The translations under genes were made by a program, and so were the position numbers. A DNA stretch of 59,417 nucleotides from Acutalibacteraceae bacterium. GTDB taxonomy: Bacteria > Bacillota > Clostridia > Oscillospirales > Acutalibacteraceae. The stretch spans positions 1 through 59,417 of the forward strand of contig JAZQER010000026.1 of the NCBI GenBank assembly GCA_045539095.1, given 5' to 3'. Positions 46,696 through 55,719 of the stretch are shown here, in pieces (position 1 is the first letter of the stretch; each line of letters opens with the position of its first letter). A model generated the notes under the pieces. The model was not told the origin of the DNA, did no database searches, and worked only from the letters and a program-made list of their open reading frames with translations.

Positions 46696-47556
46696 ATGAA
46701 TATCCTTGTACCCGACTATTATAATAACTTCAAATGCATTGCCGAGCGGTGCCGCCACAACTGCTGTATCGGTTGGGAAATAGATATTGACGAGGATACC
46801 CTCTCTCTTTATGAAAATATAAGCGGCAGTCTTGGAAAAAGGCTTAAAGATAATATTGCTCACGATGAATGTCCTCATTTTATTTTACAGGAGCACGACC
46901 GCTGTCCCTTTTTAAATGATAAGGGGCTTTGCGATATTATAACCGAGCTCGGTGATGGCGCCTTATGTGACATCTGCGCCGACCACCCGAGGTACAGAAA
47001 TTACTTTGCCGACCGACTTGAAATGGGACTTGGGCTCTCTTGCGAAGAAGCCGCAAGAATAATACTCTCAAAAAAAGATAAGACCGTACTTGTCGATATT
47101 GATAGCGGCGAACCTATGGATGTCTACCCCGAAAGGCAAAAAATAATAGACCTTTTGCAGGACAGGTCTATCCCCTTTTCTGACAGGCTTTTAAAGCTTT
47201 ACCCGAAAAGCGACAAAAACTATTATGAACTTTATTCTTCTCTTGAACGGTTAGACAACGAATGGGATAAATATCTTGAACTTTTAAAGACCAGGACTTA
47301 CAATACACTACCCGAATGGGACACTCTTTTTGAGCAGTTGGCAGTCTGTTTTGTTCTTCGTCATACATCAGAGGATCTTCAAAATGGTGTTTTGTTCTCA
47401 ACTCATGCGGTTTACATAATACGTAAAATTTGTGCCGCCATAAAGCAGAAAAACGGCGTCCTCTCCTTTTCTGACATTCTCAACGTCTGCCGAATGTATT
47501 CAAGCGAGATAGAATATTCGGATGAGAATGTGGAAATCATTTCTGAGAATTTGTAG
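46696..47556 (+). CDS. FliB-like / YkgJ-type Cys-rich protein (flagellin lysine-N-methylase family)
   Basis: Start moved to ATG 46696 (AAGAGG upstream). FKCIAERCRHNCCIGWEIDID and CPFLNDKGLCDI cysteine clusters. Confidence 0.65.
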   Translation: MNILVPDYYNNFKCIAERCRHNCCIGWEIDIDEDTLSLYENISGSLGKRLKDNIAHDECPHFILQEHDRCPFLNDKGLCDIITELGDGALCDICADHPRYRNYFADRLEMGLGLSCEEAARIILSKKDKTVLVDIDSGEPMDVYPERQKIIDLLQDRSIPFSDRLLKLYPKSDKNYYELYSSLERLDNEWDKYLELLKTRTYNTLPEWDTLFEQLAVCFVLRHTSEDLQNGVLFSTHAVYIIRKICAAIKQKNGVLSFSDILNVCRMYSSEIEYSDENVEIISENL

Positions 47557-47565
47557 GTGATGTGT

Positions 47566-47778
47566 ATGAGAAAAATTCTATCAGGCAGATTAAAAGCGCT
47601 CAGAAAAGAAAAAGGATATACGCAAGGACAGGTTGCTATCTATTGTGATATCACCGAGAAAACATATCAGAATTACTAACTTATGACACGCGAGCCTAAA
47701 ATTGAAATTTTGATAAGAATTGCAGATTTTTATAAAGTTTCTTTAGATTATTTGGTAGGTAGAACCGATAATAGGTAA
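47566..47778 (+). pseudogene. XRE/Cro-C1-family HTH regulator (70 codons) interrupted by an in-frame TAA
   Basis: AGGTGA RBS, then MRKILSGRLKALRKEKGYTQGQVAICDITEKTYQNY-TAA(47677-47679)-LMTREPKIEILIRIADFYKVSLDYLVGRTDNR-stop. TAA occupies the position of the conserved Glu (GAA) in the Y-x-N-Y-E motif. Confidence 0.65.
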
Positions 47779-47797
47779 AAGCAAAAATCAAGGATTT

Positions 47798-47979
47798 CGG
47801 AACGTACTCTTAAGGATAAATTGGTTTTGGAACAAAACTGCAAAGCACCTAAAAAAGATAAACTTTAGTGGGATAAATTGCGAAAAGACACGGTAATGCT
47901 GACGCATACCGTGTCTTTTTAACACATTAGACCGCAAAAATTTGCTTTTTAGGCATTTTGTCCTTAAGAGTACGTTCCG
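47798..47979. repeat. 182-bp element bounded by a perfect 19-bp inverted repeat
   Basis: CGGAACGTACTCTTAAGGA (47798-47816) and its exact reverse complement TCCTTAAGAGTACGTTCCG (47961-47979). The outer flanks extend imperfectly (CAAGGATTT against CAAGGCTTAA). The right arm abuts the glgB stop codon at 47980. Confidence 0.9.
47885..47917. terminator. Bidirectional terminator-like hairpin inside the inverted-repeat element
   Basis: AAGACACGGTA / TACCGTGTCTT stem, 11-nt loop, flanked by A4 and T5 runs. Confidence 0.7.
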
Positions 47980-49971
47980 TTAAGCCTTGCTTTTCTTTTT
48001 AAAAACGATTGCGCTGCGGTTTGGCAGGTAGCAATTAAAGCCTTTCCATTTTGCGGGGGTGGTATAGGCTTTATATTCAATTTTTGTATTTACTCTGTCA
48101 AAGCCGCCGAAAACGCCGTCATCGGACGAGAGAACTATTTCATACATACCTCCTTTAGAAGTCGGAATGAAATATCCGTCGAAGGATTTTGTGGGGTGGA
48201 AGTTAAAGGCAAAAACATAGTCGCCTTTTGTGTATATCAGTATTTTATCGTCCTCGTGAAGCCAACGGTTGACCGCCTTTTTCTCAAGCAGTTTGCCCTC
48301 TTTCAGCAGCTTTATCATTGCCTTATCGAAGTCGTTAAGCTCTCTGTATCTAAGATTCTCGTTGTCAACAAGGCTCCACTGTCTGCGACAATAGTGATAG
48401 CTCCAGCCGTTGCCCTCTCGGGGGAAATCTATCCACTCGGGGTGTCCGAACTCGTTACCCATAAAGTTGAGATATCCCTCGCCTGCAAGTGACGCTGTTA
48501 TCAGTCTTATCATTTTATGAAGGGCAATACCGCGGTCGACTACGGGGCTGCCGCCGAACTTTTGCATACTATGATACATTTCAGCATCACACAGACGGAA
48601 CATTATTGTCTTATCGCCGACGAGCGCTTGATCGTGGCTTTCGGCATAACCGATATTCTTTTCTTTCGGACGGCGGGAATTAAGCTCCCACCATAGGTAA
48701 CCCATATTCCAGTCTTCGTCCGCGCTCTCCTTGATAGTCTTTATCCAGAGGTCGGGCACACCCATTGAAAGTCGGTAATCGAAGCCGATGCCGCCGTCAG
48801 CAATCTTCAGACACATACCCGGCATACCCGACATATCCTCGGCTATAGTAAGCGCGTTCTTATTGACCTTATGAATAAGCTCATTTGCAAGCTGCAGATA
48901 AGTGACCGCTTCGACATCGGTATTAAGTGAAAAATACATATCATAGCTTGAAAATGCGCTGCCTAGACCGTGGTCGTGATAGAGCATTGAGGTCACTCCG
49001 TCAAAACGGAAACCGTCGAAATGAAAAACCTCCATCCAATACTTCAGGTTTGATAAAAGAAAGTGCAAAACTTCGTTTTTGGCGTAGTTAAACAGCTTTG
49101 TGCCCCAAGCTGAATGGTCGCCGCGTCCGCCCTCGTGAAAAAACTGATAAACAGTACCGTCAAACTCGTTTATTCCCTCGTTTGTATTTTTCACCGCGTG
49201 AGAATGAACGACATCAAGCAGAACAGTAATGCCCATACTGTGGGCGGTGTTTATAAGCTCCTTAAGCTCGCTACTGTTACCGTATTTTGATGATGCGGCA
49301 AAGAAGTTTGACACCTGATAGCCGAACGAGCCGTAATAGGGGTGCTCCATTACCGCCATTATCTGTATGGTATTATAGCCAAGCTCTTTTATTCTCGGCA
49401 GGGTATACTTTCTAAACTCCTCATATGTGCCGATGTGTCCGTGCTCCTGCGCCATACCGATATGGCACTCATAGATAAAGGGTGTTTTTTCAGGAACAAA
49501 GCCGTCGTCTGTCCAATCAAAACTGCCCATAGTATCCTCTATTTCGGCGCACCAAAGGTATGTCACAGGGTCCTGTACAACGCGGGTCGCATAGAGCGGA
49601 ATGCGGCGGAGCATATTCCCGCCGTGCCAGACTATCGCCTGAACCTTTTGTCCCTCACAGAGAGCATCCTTCCCCTCTAAGTATATCTCGAAAACACCGT
49701 TTTCGATACGGGTCATAGGGTGACTGTCAAGGTTCCAACCGTTAAAGTCACCTGTGAGGAACATAGCGTCGGCGGCAGGCGCCCATTCTCGATACACCCA
49801 ACCGTTATCAGTGCGGTGAAATCCAAAATACTTATAGCCGTCGGCAAAATCGACAAGACTTCCTCGCTTACCTACAAGCTCACACTTTTTTGTTTTATAA
49901 AGATCCATACGGAGCTCGATATCTTTTTCAAAGGGTAAAAGATACGGGTCGATCTCGAATATTTTCAGCAT
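47980..49971 (-). CDS. glgB: 1,4-alpha-glucan branching enzyme (GH13)
   Basis: LLDVVHSH, GFRFDGVTSM, TIAEDMSG and YAESHDQ GH13 conserved regions. 663 aa. Confidence 0.95.
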   Translation of the reverse strand: MLKIFEIDPYLLPFEKDIELRMDLYKTKKCELVGKRGSLVDFADGYKYFGFHRTDNGWVYREWAPAADAMFLTGDFNGWNLDSHPMTRIENGVFEIYLEGKDALCEGQKVQAIVWHGGNMLRRIPLYATRVVQDPVTYLWCAEIEDTMGSFDWTDDGFVPEKTPFIYECHIGMAQEHGHIGTYEEFRKYTLPRIKELGYNTIQIMAVMEHPYYGSFGYQVSNFFAASSKYGNSSELKELINTAHSMGITVLLDVVHSHAVKNTNEGINEFDGTVYQFFHEGGRGDHSAWGTKLFNYAKNEVLHFLLSNLKYWMEVFHFDGFRFDGVTSMLYHDHGLGSAFSSYDMYFSLNTDVEAVTYLQLANELIHKVNKNALTIAEDMSGMPGMCLKIADGGIGFDYRLSMGVPDLWIKTIKESADEDWNMGYLWWELNSRRPKEKNIGYAESHDQALVGDKTIMFRLCDAEMYHSMQKFGGSPVVDRGIALHKMIRLITASLAGEGYLNFMGNEFGHPEWIDFPREGNGWSYHYCRRQWSLVDNENLRYRELNDFDKAMIKLLKEGKLLEKKAVNRWLHEDDKILIYTKGDYVFAFNFHPTKSFDGYFIPTSKGGMYEIVLSSDDGVFGGFDRVNTKIEYKAYTTPAKWKGFNCYLPNRSAIVFKKKSKA

Positions 49972-50014
49972 TTATAGAATCTTCCTTTTTTCGACAAGTT
50001 ATATTTACATTCAA

Positions 50015-50038
50015 GAGGCACCCGTTGGCGGGTGCCTC
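50015..50038. terminator. GC-rich hairpin between the EF-G paralogue and glgB
   Basis: GAGGCACCCG / CGGGTGCCTC stem with TTGG loop. The T-run is on the plus side only, so its role as the minus-strand terminator is uncertain. Confidence 0.4.
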
Positions 50039-50049
50039 AGAAACTTTTT

Positions 50050-52110
50050 TTACTCAGCCTTACTGTCGGCAATTATCTTCTGCGCGATAGATGAGGGAAC
50101 CTCTTCATATCTTGCAAACTCGGTCGTAAATGAGCCAACACCGCGTGTTACTGAACGGAGAACCGTCGGGAAGTCGGCAAGCTCGCTCTCTGGCACCTCG
50201 GCGGTAATAACCATCAGCTTCTTGCCCTCGGGATCCATACCGAGAACTCTGCCGCGTCTCTTATTGAAGTCACCCATAATATCGCCTGCGTTATCTGTCG
50301 GAACCTTTGCTGTAACCGTAACAACGGGCTCTAAAAGCACCGGGTTTGCCTCGGGGATACCTGCCTTATAGGCAAGAGAAGCTGCCGTCTTGAATGCAAG
50401 CTCGGACGAATCAACGGGATGATAAGAGCCGTCAGTAAGGGTTGCCTTTACGCCGACCATCGGATATCCTGCAAGGACGCCCTGACGTGCAGACTCCTGA
50501 AGTCCCTTTTCAACCGCGGGGAAGTAGTTCTTCGGAACAGAGCCGCCGAAAATGGTCTCTGCAAATACGAGCTCTTCAGAGTCGCAAGGCTCAAACTCGA
50601 TCCATACATCACCGAACTGACCGTGTCCGCCTGACTGCTTCTTATGTCTGCCTTGAACCTTTGCCTTTTTGCGTATAGTCTCACGATAAGCAACCTTAGG
50701 CGCAGAGAATGCAATCTCAACACCGAATTTGCTCCTCAGCTTTGCGGCAACAGTTTCAAGGTGCTGTTCACCAAGACCTGCAAGTATCATCTCGCCCGTA
50801 GCGTCGTTGGAATAATAGGCTACGGTAGGATCTTCTTCAGCAAGCTTGTTAAGACCTGCGGCAACCTTTTCTTCCTCTCCCTTTACCTTTGGTTTAACTG
50901 CCATCTTGTAGCAGGGTTTCTCAAACTGAACTCCAGGGAGGGTTATGGGGCGAAGAGGTGAGCAGAGTGTGTCGCCCGTGCCTGTAACATTAAGCTTAGC
51001 AACTGCACCGATATCTCCTGCAGGAACGCAAGCTGTTTCAATCTGCTTCTTGCCGCAAACGTGATAGAGCTTACCGATCTTCTCCCCTGTACCTGTTCTC
51101 ATATTGAGAAGGGACATATCGGGAGTTACTTTACCGCTGACGACCTTGAAGTAAAGCAGTTTTCCTACGAAGGGGTCAACAACCGTCTTGAATACGGTTG
51201 CAACGGTCTGCGCATCCTCGTTAACGGTGAGATGGACATCGTTACCGTCGTTATCAACGCCGGTTTCGCCTGCAACGGTCTCTGCCCAGGGAGCGAGCCA
51301 GATAAGTCCGTTAAGAAGCTGGTCAATAGCGTGGAGCTCTGCCGCAGAGCCGCAGAATACGGGAGCGATCTCACCGCGGCGAACGCCCGTAGCAAGACCC
51401 ATAATAAGCTCGTCGGGAGTAAACTCCTCGCCCGAGAAGTATTTATCCATAAGCTCTTCACTGGTCTCGGCAACAGCCTCGCTCATAGCGGTACGAAGAC
51501 CTTCCAGACGGTGACCCATATCGGGAATCGGTACCTCTGTAGCCTTACCGTCCTTATAAGAGTAGGCTCTGTTCTGGATAAGGTTTATGTAGCACTTAAC
51601 CTCATGCTCCTCAACGAAGGGAACAACTATAGGACATACCATAGGACCGAAGGTTGCCTTCAGATCTTCAAAAACCTTATAAAAATCAGCGTGAGCGTGG
51701 TCTATCTTATTGATGAAAAATAGCTTTGCTATTCCCTTTTTAGATGCTGCATCAAAAGCCTTCTCGGCACCTACGGATATGCCGCTTTTGCCTGAAATAA
51801 CGATTACGGCAGAGCCCGCAGCGCGGACACCTTCGCTGACACCGCCTGCAAAATCAAACTGACCGGGAGTGTCGATTGCATTTATTTTAACGTCCTTCCA
51901 TTCACAAGGCACGATAGCTGCAGAAATACTTGATTTTCTTCTTATTTCTTCGGGGTCAAAGTCGCAGACGGTATTGCCCTCGGCAATAGTTCCGAGACGG
52001 TCCGACTTACCCGTAAGATAGTAAGCCGCCTCGATAAGAGAGGTCTTTCCCGCCGAAGCGTGTCCCGCAAAGACGACATTTCTGATTTGTTTAGCTGTGT
52101 ACTGTTTCAA
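50050..52110 (-). CDS. Elongation factor G-family translational GTPase (stand-alone paralogue, EF-G2-like)
   Basis: AGHASAGKTS (G1), DTPG (G3), NKID (G4), five-domain length of 686 aa, TTG start with AAAGGGGAG RBS. It is not in an rpsL-rpsG-fusA-tuf context. Confidence 0.85.
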   Translation of the reverse strand: MKQYTAKQIRNVVFAGHASAGKTSLIEAAYYLTGKSDRLGTIAEGNTVCDFDPEEIRRKSSISAAIVPCEWKDVKINAIDTPGQFDFAGGVSEGVRAAGSAVIVISGKSGISVGAEKAFDAASKKGIAKLFFINKIDHAHADFYKVFEDLKATFGPMVCPIVVPFVEEHEVKCYINLIQNRAYSYKDGKATEVPIPDMGHRLEGLRTAMSEAVAETSEELMDKYFSGEEFTPDELIMGLATGVRRGEIAPVFCGSAAELHAIDQLLNGLIWLAPWAETVAGETGVDNDGNDVHLTVNEDAQTVATVFKTVVDPFVGKLLYFKVVSGKVTPDMSLLNMRTGTGEKIGKLYHVCGKKQIETACVPAGDIGAVAKLNVTGTGDTLCSPLRPITLPGVQFEKPCYKMAVKPKVKGEEEKVAAGLNKLAEEDPTVAYYSNDATGEMILAGLGEQHLETVAAKLRSKFGVEIAFSAPKVAYRETIRKKAKVQGRHKKQSGGHGQFGDVWIEFEPCDSEELVFAETIFGGSVPKNYFPAVEKGLQESARQGVLAGYPMVGVKATLTDGSYHPVDSSELAFKTAASLAYKAGIPEANPVLLEPVVTVTAKVPTDNAGDIMGDFNKRRGRVLGMDPEGKKLMVITAEVPESELADFPTVLRSVTRGVGSFTTEFARYEEVPSSIAQKIIADSKAE

Positions 52111-52286
52111 AAGAAACTCCCCTTTCGTAATTAACGCATCATCTGCAAATCTTTAAATTTCACAAAATTATACAGAAAAATAGTCGAATATTGTCAATTT
52201 GCACAAATTCAGTTAACATCTGTTACAAATTATATGATAATATTACCACATTTAAAAGGGTATTTCAATAGTAAATCTAAATTTAA

Positions 52287-53165
52287 TCAAAATTTTTTTA
52301 CATCGGATATTTTAGATGCCAGCACTCTTATGGCATAAAATACAAGAGCAGTTTTTATAATGCAGGTAAAAATTACTGTAACATATAAAAAGCCGTCCAT
52401 TCCTGAGAACATATCACCCATTGCGACGGTACTGACTGCCGAGGTATAAGGATAGCTGAGGGTCGAGGCAAAGCCGCCGCCGAACACAAGCAGTGTATTA
52501 AGCATACAAAGGACTATAATACTCATACCTACCGAGTTTCCTATTATAACACTTTTCATTCCTTTTACACGGCAACCTATTACCGATATCGGTATAAAAA
52601 TCGCTGCGAAGCTTTTTAGATAAACCGAAAGGGCTGTTTTAAGCGAATCTCCTATATCCGCTTTGCCCATTGGAAGCACATATTTAAGGCTCATTTTCGG
52701 AACAGAGAAAATAAAGATGACAATAACCAATACCGCAGTGATAAAAAGAAGCACCGCAGCGGTTTTTGAGAGCGCAGTTTTTTTGCGTGATATAAGCGCC
52801 GCCGCTAACACAAAGGTTGCAAATATCACCGATGTTCGGACATTGGGCAGCATAACAGAAGCCGCGAACTGCGAAAATTCGGTCAGAGTAATTACTGCGG
52901 TATATATAAGGACCGCTTCAGCGAGTAAATATACGGCTATTAAAGATATCTTTACCGAATTTGATACTGAATTTATATCCTTTGAAAAAAGGGTCGTAAG
53001 CGTACGATAAAAAAGTATTATAGTAAGAAAAGAAAAAACTACTGCTATACCCGTACCTAAAAGATCTGAGCCGTCATCAGCGGACAGCGGCAGGCTTATA
53101 AGAAAATTTCCCGCCACCGCAAGTGAGATTAGACCCACCAAACCTGTACTGACTGTTTTTTTCAA
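52287..53165 (-). CDS. Spore germination receptor B-subunit-like membrane protein (GerAB family), short
   Basis: Polytopic 292-aa protein. Last gene of the gerA-type operon. Confidence 0.65.
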   Translation of the reverse strand: MKKTVSTGLVGLISLAVAGNFLISLPLSADDGSDLLGTGIAVVFSFLTIILFYRTLTTLFSKDINSVSNSVKISLIAVYLLAEAVLIYTAVITLTEFSQFAASVMLPNVRTSVIFATFVLAAALISRKKTALSKTAAVLLFITAVLVIVIFIFSVPKMSLKYVLPMGKADIGDSLKTALSVYLKSFAAIFIPISVIGCRVKGMKSVIIGNSVGMSIIVLCMLNTLLVFGGGFASTLSYPYTSAVSTVAMGDMFSGMDGFLYVTVIFTCIIKTALVFYAIRVLASKISDVKKF

Positions 53166-53171
53166 TATTTA

Positions 53172-54152
53172 TTACCCCTCTCCGATGATGAATTCGGCAT
53201 TTTTATAGTAGCTGCTGTAATCTGCTTTTACCTTATCCCATATCTCGGGATAGCGGGATACTAATGTATTGGCTATACCGAAAATATCCGTATCGAAGTT
53301 CATTACCGCGATTTCTACAATATCTGAAAGCTCATCTCTTTGCGGGTTTGAATATATTGAGATATTGAAAACCAAACGTCCGTTTTCAAATGACGCTTTT
53401 ATTTTAGACCGAGCATCACTTACACTGTAGGTCTGCCCTTCACTAAAAACCTCACCGCCGTCATAAGTATTTCTCATAACCGCGTAGGATATGCTCTCCT
53501 CTCGGGTTATTTGCATAACTCCTTCATCGTTTACATATACAAGCATCCCATCTTGATACGGCTTATCCTCCTTTACATAAAAAAAAGGCAAAGCATAGAC
53601 ATTAGCGGTCTGCATACGGGCTGTTTTTATCTCGTACAGCGCCGTATGTCCCCCGTATCCGAACTTTTTTGCAGTATTTTCTATTATATCGGCCACTGCA
53701 AAGCCTGAGGAAACCGCCCCTTCAGCTTTTAAAGAAAGTAGGTCCTCAGCATTATTTGCAGAAACTATCTTAGCAGAAAGAGAAATACTATCGTTCTCGG
53801 TACAATACTCCAAAATCATATCGGTCTGCTCTTTTGTAAGCTCTTTTCCGAGTATCAGCGCAGAACAGTGGGTAAAGCTTAGTTCTTGAGGACTCTGCAC
53901 CGATATTTCCGACAGCACCTCGCGAACATTATCTCCGTCTCCCGATAGAAGATACGGCGACATACCTCCGCTATCGGTTGCTTCCAACACCTCTGCGGTA
54001 ACCCTTATTTTACCCTTATGATTGTCAAAGCCGATAACCGACACTAACCGTCGGTCATTGGGCTCAGAATATTCGCCAAGACTGTTGCATCCGCAAAGAG
54101 CAAGCAATACAAGGACCGCCACAAAGAATATCTTTAGAATTTTAATTTTCAT
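53172..54152 (-). CDS. Ger(x)C-family spore germination lipoprotein
   Basis: Start moved to ATG 54152 (overlaps the TAA of the A subunit). Lipobox LALCGCNS followed by the typical RRLVSVIGFD. Confidence 0.85.
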   Translation of the reverse strand: MKIKILKIFFVAVLVLLALCGCNSLGEYSEPNDRRLVSVIGFDNHKGKIRVTAEVLEATDSGGMSPYLLSGDGDNVREVLSEISVQSPQELSFTHCSALILGKELTKEQTDMILEYCTENDSISLSAKIVSANNAEDLLSLKAEGAVSSGFAVADIIENTAKKFGYGGHTALYEIKTARMQTANVYALPFFYVKEDKPYQDGMLVYVNDEGVMQITREESISYAVMRNTYDGGEVFSEGQTYSVSDARSKIKASFENGRLVFNISIYSNPQRDELSDIVEIAVMNFDTDIFGIANTLVSRYPEIWDKVKADYSSYYKNAEFIIGEG

Positions 54153-55621
54153 TATATCTGCCTTTTTCTGTTTTTGTTCTGTATATGCGGGCGGGTAAGC
54201 ATTCGGCTCCATGGCGCTCTCCAAATCGTATCCTTTGCTGACTGACCGCTTATTCGGTCAAGGCTTTGTGTATAATCAACTTTGAAGGAGCTTAAAGAAA
54301 ATATATGATTCAGCATCAAAATAAGTCCGATAACACAACCGAAGAGCCCTAAAAGAGCAGACAATACGGTTATCCCTATACGGCCGTAAAAAACTGCGCT
54401 TCTAAGCCTCGGTATCATAAGTCCCGCTATACCGCTGAGCGATACGGCTATAAGCATAGGCGCACTGACTATTTTCGCCTCTACCGCCGCCTGACCTACC
54501 ACAAGTCCGCCGACGATACTGAGTGCGTGACCCACGCTTTGCGGCATACGAAGTCCTGCTTCCTTCAGTATTTCGAAAATTATTATAATCATTATACATT
54601 CGGCAGTGGGCGAAAACGGCACGCCCGTCCGAGACTCAGCAATGGAGAGGGCAAATGCCGTTGGGAGCAGCTTCATATGGAACACCGTTACCGCAAGATA
54701 GATCCCCGGCACCGCAATGCTCAACAAAAAACAGATTATCCGCAATATTCTGCCTACCGATGCTATTTTATAGTTTATATAATAGTCCTCGTCCGACTGA
54801 AAATTCTCGGAAAAAAGATATGGCAGAGTCAGCACTACGGGTGTACCGTCGACCACGATTGCTACTCTTCCCTCCAAGAGGTTGGCGGCAACTATATCCG
54901 GCCGCTCTGTAGAGCCTATGGTCTTGAACAGTGATGATTTTGAATCTCTTATCTGTTCTGTGATGTAATTTGAATCAAGCACCCCGTCGATATCTATTTT
55001 CGATAGCCGACGTTTAACCTCCTCGAGAATTTTCTGTTCTGTGAGGGAATTGAGATAGCATATGAAAACATAGGTATCGGTGCGTCTTCCGAGTCTTACT
55101 GTTTCAACGCAGAAATCGGGTGTCAGAAGCTTTCGCCGTATCATAGCAAGATTGAACATAGCCGCCTCGTCAAAGCCCTCACGCGGTCCTTGGAGTATCC
55201 TTTCATTTTCCGGCTCGCTGATACCTCGGCTTCGCCAGCCCTTTACATTTACCGTAAGGGCTTTATCACTGCCGTCTACGAGAATTATCGCGTCTCCGTA
55301 AAGGATAGCTCTCAGCATATCGTCTACCCTTTCGGTCATCTTGACCTCGCCCGCAAAAAGTACTCTTTCCATAACAAAAGCCGTTCTGTCGTCCCATGGC
55401 TCTTCATCAGATAATACAAGCGGCCTTACCACCGACTCATTTATCGAGGAATTGTTGACCATACCGTCAAAATACAACAGCCCGACACTCATACCGTTCG
55501 CAGCGGTGAGACGGCGGGTTCTGAGAATGGCGTCCTTTATAAATATCCCTTTAAAAAGCTCCATATTGCTGTCAAGGCTTTTTGAAAGGCTAAGTTTTTT
55601 ATAATCGGTAGTTTTTTGCAT
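54152..55621 (-). CDS. Spore germination receptor A subunit (GerAA/KA family)
   Basis: Typical soluble N-terminal domain (DAILRTRRL..., LLYFDGMVN, RAILYGDAIILVDG, PENERILQGPREGF) plus C-terminal TM bundle. Start set to ATG 55621 (AGGGTGA upstream); the ORF track begins at GTG 55633. Confidence 0.9.
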   Translation of the reverse strand: MQKTTDYKKLSLSKSLDSNMELFKGIFIKDAILRTRRLTAANGMSVGLLYFDGMVNNSSINESVVRPLVLSDEEPWDDRTAFVMERVLFAGEVKMTERVDDMLRAILYGDAIILVDGSDKALTVNVKGWRSRGISEPENERILQGPREGFDEAAMFNLAMIRRKLLTPDFCVETVRLGRRTDTYVFICYLNSLTEQKILEEVKRRLSKIDIDGVLDSNYITEQIRDSKSSLFKTIGSTERPDIVAANLLEGRVAIVVDGTPVVLTLPYLFSENFQSDEDYYINYKIASVGRILRIICFLLSIAVPGIYLAVTVFHMKLLPTAFALSIAESRTGVPFSPTAECIMIIIIFEILKEAGLRMPQSVGHALSIVGGLVVGQAAVEAKIVSAPMLIAVSLSGIAGLMIPRLRSAVFYGRIGITVLSALLGLFGCVIGLILMLNHIFSLSSFKVDYTQSLDRISGQSAKDTIWRAPWSRMLTRPHIQNKNRKRQI

Positions 55622-55640
55622 AATATGTTTCACCCTGAGA

Positions 55641-55689
55641 TAGTATTTACCGCAAATTGTTAACTATTCTGTTTTTGATGCATAGTATA
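55641..55689. promoter_or_regulatory. Overlapping divergent sporulation-type promoter candidates (forespore-type for gerA, mother-cell-type for the sleC-like genes)
   Basis: Plus strand: AC (55663-55664), 16 nt, CATAGTATA (55681-55689), which fits the SigK-type AC-N16/17-CATAnnnTA consensus. Minus strand: GAATA (55669-55665), 17 nt, AATACTA (55647-55641), which resembles a SigG/SigF-type promoter. Consensus matching by eye only. Confidence 0.35.
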
Positions 55690-55719
55690 TTATGAAGCAT
55701 TATGTTAAGGAGAGGTTTT

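Noticed and set aside
47677-47679. The in-frame TAA in the XRE gene considered as evidence of stop-codon reassignment.
   Set aside because: Many well-supported genes in the window terminate at TAA at the expected protein ends (recG, murD, spoIVB and the ATPase gene, for example). A single nonsense mutation is the simpler explanation.
47788-47907. A 39-aa hydrophobic minus-strand ORF (MRQHYRVFSQFIPLKFIFFRCFAVLFQNQFILKSTFRNP) inside the inverted-repeat element, considered as a type I toxin-like peptide.
   Set aside because: Its ATG sits in the loop of the terminator hairpin, with no Shine-Dalgarno sequence or promoter evident. It cannot be supported from sequence alone.
50050-52110. The EF-G paralogue considered as a Tet(M)/Tet(O)-type ribosomal protection protein.
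   Set aside because: The length (686 aa) and the G-domain and domain IV regions look EF-G-like rather than like the shorter Tet(M) class. There is no mobile-element context. Phylogeny would be needed for certainty.
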